From positions 26,161 to 90,160 of the forward strand of contig DAOWGI010000092.1 of the NCBI GenBank assembly GCA_030637655.1: a stretch of 64,000 nt of DNA, written 5' to 3'. A program made the position numbers and the translations under genes. Source of the stretch: a candidate division FCPU426 bacterium. Lineage in GTDB: Bacteria > Oederibacteriota > JAAXVQ01 > JAUVAV01. The notes beneath the pieces are model-generated. The model was not told the origin of the DNA. It worked only from the letters and a program-made list of their open reading frames with translations, and made no database searches. This document shows, piece by piece, positions 1 through 11,401 of the stretch. Position 1 is the first letter of the stretch; every line of letters begins with the position of its first letter.

Positions 1-3000
1 TTTTGAATTTTTTCGGATTATAGTCAGCAGATGGTTTAGATTTAACAACCTGGTTAGTCTTGGAATCATATCCAATTACCACAGGTGCGGCACCGACTTT
101 TCCCCTTAACAACTTCTTTATTTTTCCCGCTGGAAGAAACACATGGCAAACAGGAGGATTTTCAAATGAAGTAAAAGTCTCGGTTTTATCTTCAATATCA
201 AATACGTATTGTTGTGTTTTAGATTCGATTGCTTTTCGTGCGTATTCCTTCTGCTTTTTATTGTATTCCTGAATCGGTTTATCAGCGCGTTCAAACCCAA
301 CATTGGGAATAATTGTCCGATCACCGGTTGGTATTCCAAAAACATTTAATATATCAACATCAAATCCCCAACAGTTATCGCCAAACAGTTTATCGTACAA
401 AATATACGGCCCATTTATTTTTCCCTTTGCCATTTCAATAATCTTCGTATCAGTCGCCGGATCGGTCAAAATAACCTGAACCCGGTCATATCCAGGATGT
501 GCTGCAAAAAATTCACCTAATGTTGGATATGGTTTTTCGGGGTGCGTATTCAAATGATTTTCAGCTTTCAAGTGATTACCCAATCCATATTGGCCCAAAT
601 AATATTTCAAAGCTATTACATCCATCTGCTTGCCGTCTTTGCTGAAATAATGCCAGCCGCGCACATCATCGCCGACAAGTAAAGCGCTATGGCCTGCATA
701 GCCCCATGGCAAGGGAACTGCGTTCGAATTATTAAGTACTATTGTATATAATCCAAAGGGATCCATATAATTCACAGAATTATTTTCTGCAAATTCATAG
801 AGATTCTGCCCGCCATAATACCCAATCGGATCTGATTGAATAAACCTTCCCAGCACAGGATCATAATGCCTGGCCCGGAAATAATAGAGACCTGATTCCC
901 GGTCATATTCCCGGCCTGTAAACAGGTATCTGTTTGCAGCCTTTGGTTTTTGTGCCGGCTGTCCAAAAGTATCATACGTATATTTTTCTAAAATCCCGGT
1001 CTCATCCATCACAGCCGAAATGGATTTTTGCGCATCTTTTAAGTAATAATATTGTTTGTCTTTACTGATTTTAATCAGCAGGTCATCCACGCCGGGAGCA
1101 TATACATACTTGGCAATAATGTTATTTTGGTTGTCCAAATCAGCAATAATATTGTGCTGAGCATAGACATACTGTTCCTTTATTTCATCATTGACAGCTC
1201 TTTTTGTCCGCCTGCCAAAGCCATCGTAAGAATAAGCATATTTCCCTGAATTCGTCCGTATTTCCAGCAAGCGATTTTCAAGGTCATATTTATATTCCTT
1301 TTTATTCTTCCCGCTTCCGCTTAGCACAAGATTTCCATTTTGATCGTAAGCCAACCGGCTGGAATTGACTCGCATATATTGATTCAAAGAATTGGCTTGA
1401 TAATTAAATTTAGTATTCCCTATTTTTGTCTTAACCCTGTTTCCCAGGGCGTCATATTGATAGGACTCAACCGGGCGATCAGGCTTCCCGGCCTGGATCA
1501 CTTGATATTTATCATCGTATATATATTGCGTCATACCTTCATCACTATATTTTCTGGTCACATTTCCTATTTCGTCGTAATCATAACGCACAAAGGATAT
1601 TTGCTTACCCTTGAAGTAATTTTTAATTTCTTTAATCCAGGAAGTATTATAATAGAGATAGGATGTCCGGATATTTTCACCAAGATATAGAAATTTCCTC
1701 CTGGACAGCTCATCCCATTCCATTTTCACAAGCTGCTTACCCGCCGGATCACTTATTTGAACCAACCGATCTGAAGCATCATAGGAATATGTAAGATAAT
1801 ATCCATCCGGATAGGTCAAACGGCTGATATTGTTGCTGCCAGCATAATAATAGGATACTCTCATCTTCCTGTGATCAGTAACATTTTCAATCCGGCCCAA
1901 GTCATCATAAATATATTTCAATATTCCTTCACCATCATTTATTTGTTCAATCTGTGATTTCCAGTTGTAGGTATAGCTGATTATTGCTTGATCGGCATAT
2001 TGTTTTTCAATCAACCGGTTCAATTTGTCATATTTCAGAATCTGTTTTTTTCCATTACGATCTGTTTGGGATATGACATTGCCATAGCGGTCATACTCCA
2101 AGCGCTCGCTTGATCCATCCGGATAGGTTATTTTGATCAATTGATTATTATCATCGTATAAATACAGGGTTTTATTGTTTTTAGGATCTGTAATGGAAAG
2201 AATATTGCTTTTTCCTGAAAGCAGGTTATCCGCTGTTTCGTAGGTATACTGTGTGCTATATCCCAGAGGATTTGTAAATGTAACCACATTTCCAAACACA
2301 TCATATTCATATTTTGAGCTATTGCCTTTGGGATCTTTAACCTGACTGAGATTGTTCATGGCATCAAATTCATATTCAATGCTGTTTCCCGCAGGTTTTA
2401 TCTGCTTTGCCAATTGTCCCTGTCGATCATATTCAAAACGCGTTATTTCACCGGCTGCATTTGTTTTTTTTGATATTTTACCAAATTTGTTATAGCTATA
2501 CGTCTCCTGGGTGTTGTCCGGAAATATTCTTCTCGTCACCTCGCCCAGCTCATTGTACTCAATCCGCGTGGCATGGCCTTGGGAATTAATGATTTCTATT
2601 GGTTGGCCGTATTGATTGTAAGTAATTTTTGTTTCCCGGCCCAGGGCATCAATGACTTCAATCAAATTGCCCTGTTTGTCATATTTATATAGAGTTTTAT
2701 TGTTTTGCGGGTCTGTAACCAAAACCGGCCGGCTGCTTCCCTTCTGATATTGATATTTCAGCACCTGGTCTAAAGCATCTTTTTTCACAAGAATATTTCC
2801 GAGTGAGTCATATTGATATCGCGTTACTCGTTCGCCGCTTTCCCTCAATTCCAACAAATTATTATTGTCATCCCAGACATGCGTAGTCGGCACTTCATTT
2901 TTCAGACTGCCGGTTATGGCTTTGATTCTATTTCTTCCATCAAAATAATAATTGGTTTTCCGTCCTAAGTTATTGCTTACCATAACTACTGCGTCGCCAT

Positions 3001-3916
3001 ATATCAGCGTGGTAAATTGCTTCAAAGGATCGAGTAAACGCGTCACTTTCCCCTGACTGTTGTATTCAATTCCATATTCCCCCTCATTTTGTCCCATATA
3101 TTTGACAAGCCGCTGTTGGGCATCATATTCATATCGAATGGATTTCCGCAAAGAATTCGTGACTTTGACCAGCAATTGATTTTCATTATAGAAATACCGC
3201 CATTCGCGGCCGGCCGGGTCCTTCATTTTCCATAATTTTCCATCCGTATTATAATCAAGTTTAAAAACCCGGCCGACTGTATCAACTATTTCCTCTGGTA
3301 ATTTATTTTTATATCGAACTGTAATTTGGTTGTTGTTTCTGTCTTTTATGCTAATTATTTCCCCTTGTTTAGCATAGACTGTTTCGTTCCCATTTTTATC
3401 AATTCCGGCGAAGCCTATGGAAGTTTCTTTTATTTTTGTATAAACTCCTCTCGGAGTTATATATCCTCCATTCGCAGCAAGTTCATAGTAATCCATACCG
3501 CCATCAAGCTTATAGACAGACAAGCCGCCAGTGGTATGTTTAATCACTTTTTGGTCTAAAAATGTAGTCCAACCTCTTCCGCATATATTTTTCCCGGCTT
3601 TTTCCAATATTTCCCTATTCGTTTGTTGGCGACTGTTGTAAATACGATGAAATGCCATATCCAGACCACGGCCTGGAAAAACCATATCTTCTGAAGTTAT
3701 AATCAAATTCCCGTTAAACAACGTCACCGGCAAAGTCGTATTTGGTTGGCAAGGCTGATAGCCGGTTTTGTTATGAGTAATTTCTTTGCTCAATGTTTCC
3801 TCAATTTGATTGGATTTTCCAGACAGGTTTGTTGCTGCCTCCCTTGCATGGCAAGCGGATATGAAACTGCAAAACAACGAAACCATCATCAATAAGACAA
3901 TTTGTTTTAGTTTCAT
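1..3916 (-). CDS. RHS/YD-repeat polymorphic toxin, lipoprotein-type N-terminus; partial, C-terminal toxin domain continues past window start
   Basis: ATG at 3916 (MKLKQIVLLMMVSLFCSFISACHAR, signal peptide with Cys). No stop in this frame down to position 1, so the ORF is absent from the track because it runs off the edge. Many YD/RHS repeats of the type RYxYDxxGN. The RHS core end NYMDPFGLY is encoded at about 750-775. A C-terminal domain of about 250 aa of unknown family follows it. Region GC is roughly 35%, against roughly 50% elsewhere in the window. Confidence 0.85.
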   Translation of the reverse strand, partial: MKLKQIVLLMMVSLFCSFISACHAREAATNLSGKSNQIEETLSKEITHNKTGYQPCQPNTTLPVTLFNGNLIITSEDMVFPGRGLDMAFHRIYNSRQQTNREILEKAGKNICGRGWTTFLDQKVIKHTTGGLSVYKLDGGMDYYELAANGGYITPRGVYTKIKETSIGFAGIDKNGNETVYAKQGEIISIKDRNNNQITVRYKNKLPEEIVDTVGRVFKLDYNTDGKLWKMKDPAGREWRYFYNENQLLVKVTNSLRKSIRYEYDAQQRLVKYMGQNEGEYGIEYNSQGKVTRLLDPLKQFTTLIYGDAVVMVSNNLGRKTNYYFDGRNRIKAITGSLKNEVPTTHVWDDNNNLLELRESGERVTRYQYDSLGNILVKKDALDQVLKYQYQKGSSRPVLVTDPQNNKTLYKYDKQGNLIEVIDALGRETKITYNQYGQPIEIINSQGHATRIEYNELGEVTRRIFPDNTQETYSYNKFGKISKKTNAAGEITRFEYDRQGQLAKQIKPAGNSIEYEFDAMNNLSQVKDPKGNSSKYEYDVFGNVVTFTNPLGYSTQYTYETADNLLSGKSNILSITDPKNNKTLYLYDDNNQLIKITYPDGSSERLEYDRYGNVISQTDRNGKKQILKYDKLNRLIEKQYADQAIISYTYNWKSQIEQINDGEGILKYIYDDLGRIENVTDHRKMRVSYYYAGSNNISRLTYPDGYYLTYSYDASDRLVQISDPAGKQLVKMEWDELSRRKFLYLGENIRTSYLYYNTSWIKEIKNYFKGKQISFVRYDYDEIGNVTRKYSDEGMTQYIYDDKYQVIQAGKPDRPVESYQYDALGNRVKTKIGNTKFNYQANSLNQYMRVNSSRLAYDQNGNLVLSGSGKNKKEYKYDLENRLLEIRTNSGKYAYSYDGFGRRTKRAVNDEIKEQYVYAQHNIIADLDNQNNIIAKYVYAPGVDDLLIKISKDKQYYYLKDAQKSISAVMDETGILEKYTYDTFGQPAQKPKAANRYLFTGREYDRESGLYYFRARHYDPVLGRFIQSDPIGYYGGQNLYEFAENNSVNYMDPFGLYTIVLNNSNAVPLPWGYAGHSALLVGDDVRGWHYFSKDGKQMDVIALKYYLGQYGLGNHLKAENHLNTHPEKPYPTLGEFFAAHPGYDRVQVILTDPATDTKIIEMAKGKINGPYILYDKLFGDNCWGFDVDILNVFGIPTGDRTIIPNVGFERADKPIQEYNKKQKEYARKAIESKTQQYVFDIEDKTETFTSFENPPVCHVFLPAGKIKKLLRGKVGAAPVVIGYDSKTNQVVKSKPSADYNPKKFK

Positions 3917-4309
3917 TTATTTTTCTCCATCAATTTTGATATTATCATCTTTTTTAATTAAGTAATAAATCCCAGAAACAAAAATATAATAACTGACTCT
4001 GATTACATATAGGTTAATTGTCTTCGCATCAAACTGTAAAACTTCTCCTTTGTAAAATCTGATTAAATAATCAGCTATTTCAATTTGTATTAATCCAGTA
4101 AACATTATCAAGGCAGACACAGATGAGGATAGCCTCATTAACTTTGATATATTGATATTCAACAAAATATAGACAGCCGGATAAATAACAAATATGATCA
4201 AAATCATTATTAATAATTTTATATCTGTTAACTCCCCCCTCCGGCTATGCATAAATATCATAAACAAGATCGGAAATAAATAATTGACAATTAGCAATAT
4301 CCTCCCCAT
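3917..4309 (-). CDS. small polytopic membrane protein (about 130 aa, ~4 predicted TM helices), translationally coupled to RHS gene
   Basis: The ORF track gives 3917..4324. The first ATG (MRRCD) reads ATGAGGAGGTGTGAC, which is itself an AGGAGG Shine-Dalgarno placed 6 nt before the second ATG (MGRILLIVNYLFPILF...). The start is therefore probably at 4309. The stop TAA abuts the RHS ATG as TAAATG. The sequence is highly hydrophobic and AT-rich, like the RHS gene. Confidence 0.5.
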   Translation of the reverse strand: MGRILLIVNYLFPILFMIFMHSRRGELTDIKLLIMILIIFVIYPAVYILLNINISKLMRLSSSVSALIMFTGLIQIEIADYLIRFYKGEVLQFDAKTINLYVIRVSYYIFVSGIYYLIKKDDNIKIDGEK

Positions 4310-4523
4310 GTCACACCTCCTCATTCATGCTTATTAGTCGTCCATCCCAGACCGCATATAGTTTCAGATGTCCTACCGTCTATTTCCGTATCAGTCTGCC
4401 ACAGGTTGATTTGAAACCATTTACGCCTCCTTTTTTTGACGTAAACAGTTTGTCTTTCTTCGCTACCTTCCTGAAATTCTAATTGTCGTTGACAGGATTT
4501 TTAATTGCCGCTCATCACTACCC

Positions 4524-6050
4524 TCACAACCAGTCATCTACATACCTCTGGCAACCTTTGGAATGCAAACAGCCCATTCGAAATCCGGGCGGCAAACTGC
4601 CTGAAGGTAATATCCAATGCCATACGAAAATCGCTACAGCGTACACGACGATTCCCGCCATTAGCTTGGCGCCCAGGCCCAACCACCCGTCGAGAGGTAC
4701 CAGCCGGACTCCCAAGACCATGATGCTTCCGGAAAATAAATATACCGCAAGCTGCAGCCAATTTGGAAACAAATTAAAGTGAATTTTAATAAAACTCCAG
4801 TACAATCCCCCGCTCACTGCCATGGCCAGGGCAATAGCCATACCGGCACCCAAAATACCAAAACGCGGGATCAGAAACCAGTTCAAGCCGGCATTCACGA
4901 GCAGCACTACAGCCACAATGCCTACTACTACCTGTGGCTTGTCCTGGGAAAAAAAGACCGCGCCGGAATTGATCTGACAAGCCCAAAGCAAAGCATATAT
5001 CGCCAAGTAGAAAAAGAGCGGTTGAGCGCCCGCGAATTTGGCGCCCAAAAACAATTGGACCAAATCCGGGGCAATGGCCCACAGCCCCAGGGCTAAAGGA
5101 ATAGCGAACATGGCAATCAGACTGGTGGAAAAATGATAGTGATGGGCAAAGGCAGCGGAATCATTTTCTCCAACCGCTTCCACCAAACGTGGATAGACCA
5201 GCACGGCAATATAGGCAGGCAAGAGATAGACCACGCCAAAAAAGGCCAGCGCTCCGGAATACAACCCCGCGGATTCAGCATCTGTGAGCAAGCGGACCAG
5301 AAAAACATCCAAACGCTGGACCATGGTCTCCAACACCGCCAATAAAATCATCCACTTGCCAAAGCGGATCAGGTTGGAATAAAAATTTGGTTCAGGCGCT
5401 AATCGCGCGCGCCACAGATCCTGTCCCAAGCGCCAGGCCGGCCAGGCGCTTAATAATATGGGCGCTGCCATAAATATCAGATAGATACTTTTCGTGTTCA
5501 AGAGACCCAGGACAACCAAAACCCCGACCAATCCCAAACGCAGGGTATTAAAGGAGAGCACCAAATTGTAGGCTGTATAATTGTCCTCAGTTTGTGCCAC
5601 CGCAGAGAGAAATTGGCAGTAACTGATAAGCAGTCCGGTAAACATACCCAGAATAAAATACCAGCGCACAACCGGCAGCAATACATAACTAAGCATTGCC
5701 AGTACCACAAAAACACTGATCCCCAAGAGTGTTTTCAAGCGCAGCACAGCAGCATAATACTTTAGTTTCTCGGAAATTTCTCCGCGCGCCTGGTGAAAAG
5801 CGGAATAGCGCAGCAGGGTTCGGGTGAGTCCAAAATCAAACAGGATGGTTGCCACCAAGGCCGTAGATACAAAAAAGAAAAAATCTCCAAAAACTTCCGG
5901 ACCTACCAACCGGGCAATAAGAATGTTGATAAAAAACGCGCTGGCCGAATTAATAAGTTGGAAAAACGAAACGTGCCGGAAATTTTTCAGAAAAGTTTTG
6001 GTCTGTTGTTGCCGCGTTTCAGAAGCGCTCAACTCAAACGTACCCGCCAA
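4524..6050 (-). CDS. wzx: polysaccharide/O-antigen flippase (Wzx, MOP superfamily)
   Basis: A 508-aa polytopic membrane protein with 12 or more hydrophobic segments and a typical Wzx-like N-terminus (FFQLINSASAFFINILIARLVGPEVFG). The annotated start is TTG, so the exact start is uncertain. It sits within a sugar-nucleotide cluster. Confidence 0.7.
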   Translation of the reverse strand: MAGTFELSASETRQQQTKTFLKNFRHVSFFQLINSASAFFINILIARLVGPEVFGDFFFFVSTALVATILFDFGLTRTLLRYSAFHQARGEISEKLKYYAAVLRLKTLLGISVFVVLAMLSYVLLPVVRWYFILGMFTGLLISYCQFLSAVAQTEDNYTAYNLVLSFNTLRLGLVGVLVVLGLLNTKSIYLIFMAAPILLSAWPAWRLGQDLWRARLAPEPNFYSNLIRFGKWMILLAVLETMVQRLDVFLVRLLTDAESAGLYSGALAFFGVVYLLPAYIAVLVYPRLVEAVGENDSAAFAHHYHFSTSLIAMFAIPLALGLWAIAPDLVQLFLGAKFAGAQPLFFYLAIYALLWACQINSGAVFFSQDKPQVVVGIVAVVLLVNAGLNWFLIPRFGILGAGMAIALAMAVSGGLYWSFIKIHFNLFPNWLQLAVYLFSGSIMVLGVRLVPLDGWLGLGAKLMAGIVVYAVAIFVWHWILPSGSLPPGFRMGCLHSKGCQRYVDDWL

Positions 6051-6976
6051 TCGTGAAGCAGCGCCTCCAGGGTTTGCGACAAAGGAATATGCGGCTGCCA
6101 GCCTGTATCCCGCTTCACTTTGGTAATCGCGGCGACTTTGCGCAGTTTTTCATCCCTGATCTTCTGATGTTTCACATCCACTTTGATCGTGACGTGCGTC
6201 TTAGAAAGCATTCCCTCCAGCAAGCGGCGGACAGTCACGCCTTTTCCGCTTCCCAGATTGTAGACCTCCCCAGGTTTGCCGGATTCCATCAAGGCCCAGT
6301 ATCCGGCCACAATATCCCGCACATCTGAAAAATCACGTACCACATCCAGATTACCGACCTCCATGATCGGGACCTTTCTTCCCTTTTCAATGGAAACAAT
6401 CTGAGACGCAAAATCCGTGGCCACAAAGCCGAGCGCCTGGCGCGGCCCAATATGATTGAAAGGACGCGTGCGGATTACATGCAATCCGAAATTTTTAAAA
6501 TACGCTAAACCCATTAAATCCTGGCTGACTTTGGAAACCGCGTACGGACTGTCCGGACTGAGTGCTTGAGTCTCACGAATATGTTTGACCTTGGAATCCA
6601 CTCCTCCGTATTCATCCGCGCTGCCCACAATCAAGACCCGGGTGTGCAAGTCCTGCTCCCGGGCTGCTTCCAACACATGCAGATTGCCCAACACATTCAC
6701 GCGCAAGGTTGTTTCCGGGTCCTGGCGCGAACGGCTGGGATTGCTCTGCCCGGCCAAGTGAAAGATCCAGCGTGGTTTCACCTGCCGTACTACACGGGAA
6801 AAGGCAGCCTGGTCGGTAATGTCTACAGGATGTATTTTGACAGCTTTGGTATGTTCCAGATTACGCAAGGAAGCACCCGGATAAGCAGTGCCATGCACTT
6901 CTGCTTTTTTATTAAGCGCATATTCAGCCAGATGGCTGCCCACAAAGCCTTCCATTCCGGTAATCAATATTTTCAT
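6029..6976 (-). CDS. NAD-dependent epimerase/dehydratase family (short-chain reductase; plausible GDP-4-keto-6-deoxy-D-mannose reductase, Rmd-like)
   Basis: MKILITGMEGFVGSHLAEYAL is a Rossmann GxxGxxG motif. The protein has an SDR fold with the YxxxK segment PYAVSK. gmd lies nearby. Confidence 0.75.
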   Translation of the reverse strand: MKILITGMEGFVGSHLAEYALNKKAEVHGTAYPGASLRNLEHTKAVKIHPVDITDQAAFSRVVRQVKPRWIFHLAGQSNPSRSRQDPETTLRVNVLGNLHVLEAAREQDLHTRVLIVGSADEYGGVDSKVKHIRETQALSPDSPYAVSKVSQDLMGLAYFKNFGLHVIRTRPFNHIGPRQALGFVATDFASQIVSIEKGRKVPIMEVGNLDVVRDFSDVRDIVAGYWALMESGKPGEVYNLGSGKGVTVRRLLEGMLSKTHVTIKVDVKHQKIRDEKLRKVAAITKVKRDTGWQPHIPLSQTLEALLHDWRVRLS

Positions 6977-6999
6977 GGCAGCCTCATTGATAAAATATA

Positions 7000-8055
7000 T
7001 TACCCAATCGTCTTTGCTTCGGGATTAATTACTTCTGTGTCAACTGATTCTTTGGATACTTTCAGCATGGAAACATTCATTTGCACGGCAAATATCCAGC
7101 CCATCAGAATAATGATGATATACTGCATCATGTGTGTGACAAAACCAATACCCAGGGCCACCTCTTTAGCCACGCCAAATTTAGCCAAAGCCAGGATAAC
7201 CATAAATTCAAAAACACCCAAACCACCGGGCGAGGATGGTATCATCAAGCCAAAATTCAAAACCACAATTACAAACACCGCGGCGAACATGGGCAAATCC
7301 AAACCAGCGGCTTTTATGCAGCAATGGATAACCAGAATCCACGCCACCCAGGAAAGCAGAGAACAGCCAAAAGCTTGAAAAAATTGCTGCGGACTCTTGA
7401 TCAGTTTTAAGCCATCTAAAAACTTATCGATCTGCCGATGGAGCCAGTGACCAATGTTGCCCGGTAATTTTTGTAACGGTTTTTCGATAAAATCCAGCAC
7501 ATGCCCGCCGTACCGGTAGTTTAAAATCACGACCACAAAAAAACCCATTCCCACACCGGCCAGAATCAAACCCGATAATTTCAACCAGTTTTCAAAAGGA
7601 ATAAAACACATGAGCAAAATAAAAAATATCAGCATGGCAATCAAATCCATGCCACGCTCCAGGACTACTGTCCCAATGGCCGTACTGGTCGGGATGTTTT
7701 CGGTTTTACTTAACAGCCAGGCCCGGATCACTTCCCCTAATTTGAGTGGAAACACAAAGTTGCCAAAATAACCAATAAATATTATTCTAAAAAAATTCCA
7801 GATATGCGGTGGACAACATTTTTTTAACAATTGATACCACAGCAAAGCACGCATATAAATCGCCGCAAAGATAAAAACTCCACTAAGCAAAAGCCAGCCA
7901 ACATTCATCTGCTTTACAGTTTTCCAGAGTTTTACAAAGTCAATGTTGTAGATCGCCAAACCAAGGAAAACAATACTGATAAGTATTCCCAGAGCAATTT
8001 TCCAGCCGGTTTTAGGCGCTTTCTTCTCTGTTACTGTTTTATTCACTGGCGTCAT
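7000..8055 (-). CDS. flippase-like membrane protein (lysylphosphatidylglycerol synthase TM-region family, UPF0104-like)
   Basis: A 351-aa multi-pass membrane protein. Its architecture is typical of the LPG_synthase_TM-family proteins that are encoded next to glycosyltransferases. Confidence 0.6.
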   Translation of the reverse strand: MTPVNKTVTEKKAPKTGWKIALGILISIVFLGLAIYNIDFVKLWKTVKQMNVGWLLLSGVFIFAAIYMRALLWYQLLKKCCPPHIWNFFRIIFIGYFGNFVFPLKLGEVIRAWLLSKTENIPTSTAIGTVVLERGMDLIAMLIFFILLMCFIPFENWLKLSGLILAGVGMGFFVVVILNYRYGGHVLDFIEKPLQKLPGNIGHWLHRQIDKFLDGLKLIKSPQQFFQAFGCSLLSWVAWILVIHCCIKAAGLDLPMFAAVFVIVVLNFGLMIPSSPGGLGVFEFMVILALAKFGVAKEVALGIGFVTHMMQYIIIILMGWIFAVQMNVSMLKVSKESVDTEVINPEAKTIG

Positions 8056-8112
8056 GTGTTACCTGCTTACTTTCTTGTAATATGTCAGTAAACTGCGCAG
8101 TTAAACAAAGAT

Positions 8113-8186
8113 TGTCATTCCCGAGGGTTTAATCGGGAATCTGGTTTTTTAAACCATATCCCCGATACAAGCATTCGGGGATGACA
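8113..8186. repeat. MITE-like 74-bp palindromic element, copy 1
   Basis: Sequence: ttgtcattcccgagggtttaatcgggaatctggttttttaaaccatatccccgatacaagcattcggggatgacaa. It has imperfect terminal inverted repeats (TGTCATTCCCGAG / TTCGGGGATGACA). A near-identical copy lies at 26176-26251. Confidence 0.8.
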
Positions 8187-8229
8187 AACAAAAAAAACAT
8201 GACTGACCTGTTACATTTTCTTGGTTATT

Positions 8230-9102
8230 TTAATTGACTGCCATCTGGGAAATAGTGTATTCCAAGGCAGTGTCCAAATCCCAGAGTTTATTTTCAGTTA
8301 ATACACTCTGCGCTTTATCTATGTTCAAACCACTGTTTAAGGGGCGGGGCGCCTTTTGTTTGAATTCGGCTGTGGTCACGCTTTTAACGCTTTCCGGGTC
8401 TCCACCCAGTTTGGCAACAATCCGCCGGGCCAATTCATCTTTACCCACCCGGGTTGAACCCACGGTATGATAAATGCCGGTACACTCTTTTTCAATCAAC
8501 TCCGTTACCACGCGTGCCAGATTGACCGCCTGGGTGGGATTTCCAATTTGATCGCCGGGCACAGTAATGGGTTCACCGCAATTGACACGCTTTAATATTT
8601 GCATGAAAAAATTCATGGAATTGGGTAAAAAGGAGAAAACAAACATAGGCCGTACCACCAGATGTTTTTCCACTATATCCGCGACAATTTTTTCGCCTTC
8701 TAATTTGGTTTGCGCATACACGGATTTCGGATTAGGCGTATCGGTTTCGCTATAGGGACCCTGGTCTCCGGCAAAAACATAGTCAGTCGAAAAAAAGGTC
8801 AGGCCGGCTTTGATCTGTTGGCAAGCCTGGGCCACGTTTTTGGCGCCCTGTACATTAATGGCTTCTGCTTCATCCGGTTTTTCTTCACACCGGTCCACAT
8901 GAGTCATGGCCGCTGTTAAAATAACCTGTTCCGGTTGAACTTCCCGCAAATGTCGTGTTACCGCCGGCGCATCCCGAATATCCAAAGGCGGGAGCTGATT
9001 GCCCGGCAGCATGGCTGTGCCAAAAACCTGATGCTTAGCTGCCGGCGCGCGCAGAAAAAAGGTTCCGACCTGCCCTTCAGCGCCAATAACCAATATTTTC
9101 AC
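8230..9102 (-). CDS. rfbD: dTDP-4-dehydrorhamnose reductase
   Basis: GTG start with a GGTGAAGG SD. MKILVIGAEGQVG Rossmann motif. Homology to RmlD/RfbD runs along the full length. Confidence 0.85.
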   Translation of the reverse strand: MKILVIGAEGQVGTFFLRAPAAKHQVFGTAMLPGNQLPPLDIRDAPAVTRHLREVQPEQVILTAAMTHVDRCEEKPDEAEAINVQGAKNVAQACQQIKAGLTFFSTDYVFAGDQGPYSETDTPNPKSVYAQTKLEGEKIVADIVEKHLVVRPMFVFSFLPNSMNFFMQILKRVNCGEPITVPGDQIGNPTQAVNLARVVTELIEKECTGIYHTVGSTRVGKDELARRIVAKLGGDPESVKSVTTAEFKQKAPRPLNSGLNIDKAQSVLTENKLWDLDTALEYTISQMAVN

Positions 9103-9153
9103 ACCTTCACCTCATTCCGGCTGTGTACCCGGTTTTGTGTTTTTCAGTTCATC

Positions 9154-9300
9154 CTAGCAGCCTGTCGGACTTTACTCATTCTCCCCCTTTTGTAAAGGGG
9201 GCAGGGGGGATTTAATCAACAAAACGCCCGCTTTCATATGCAAAATCCCCCTCAATCCCCCTTTTTCAAAGGGGGAAGAATGCTTAAAACCTGCTTTTAT
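9154..9300. repeat. MITE-like element with 18-bp imperfect terminal inverted repeats and internal G5/C5 hairpins
   Basis: Left arm cctagcagcctgtcggactt, right arm aagtccgacaggctcctagcg. The interior holds the hairpins cccccttttgtaaaggggg and ccccctttttcaaaggggg. It lies in the rfbD-gmd intergenic region. Confidence 0.6.
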
Positions 9301-9319
9301 GCCTAAGTCCGACAGGCTC

Positions 9320-11393
<2,074 letters not shown>

Positions 11394-11401
11394 GGGTTTT
11401 A

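Noticed and set aside
118-975. Short minus-strand ORFs 118-345 and 772-975
   Set aside because: These are out-of-frame ORFs inside the RHS coding region. The true RHS frame is open from 3916 to position 1.
4487-4520. Plus-strand TTGACA hexamer at about 4489 as a promoter
   Set aside because: It would drive transcription antisense into the Wzx gene. No acceptable -10 element follows it.
6566-7378. 270-aa plus-strand ORF
   Set aside because: It is antisense to the epimerase and flippase-like genes. The same applies to the other long plus-strand ORFs at 12725-13306, 23471-23974, 24785-25285, 26404-26988, 34949-35479, 43136-43645 and 48391-48954.
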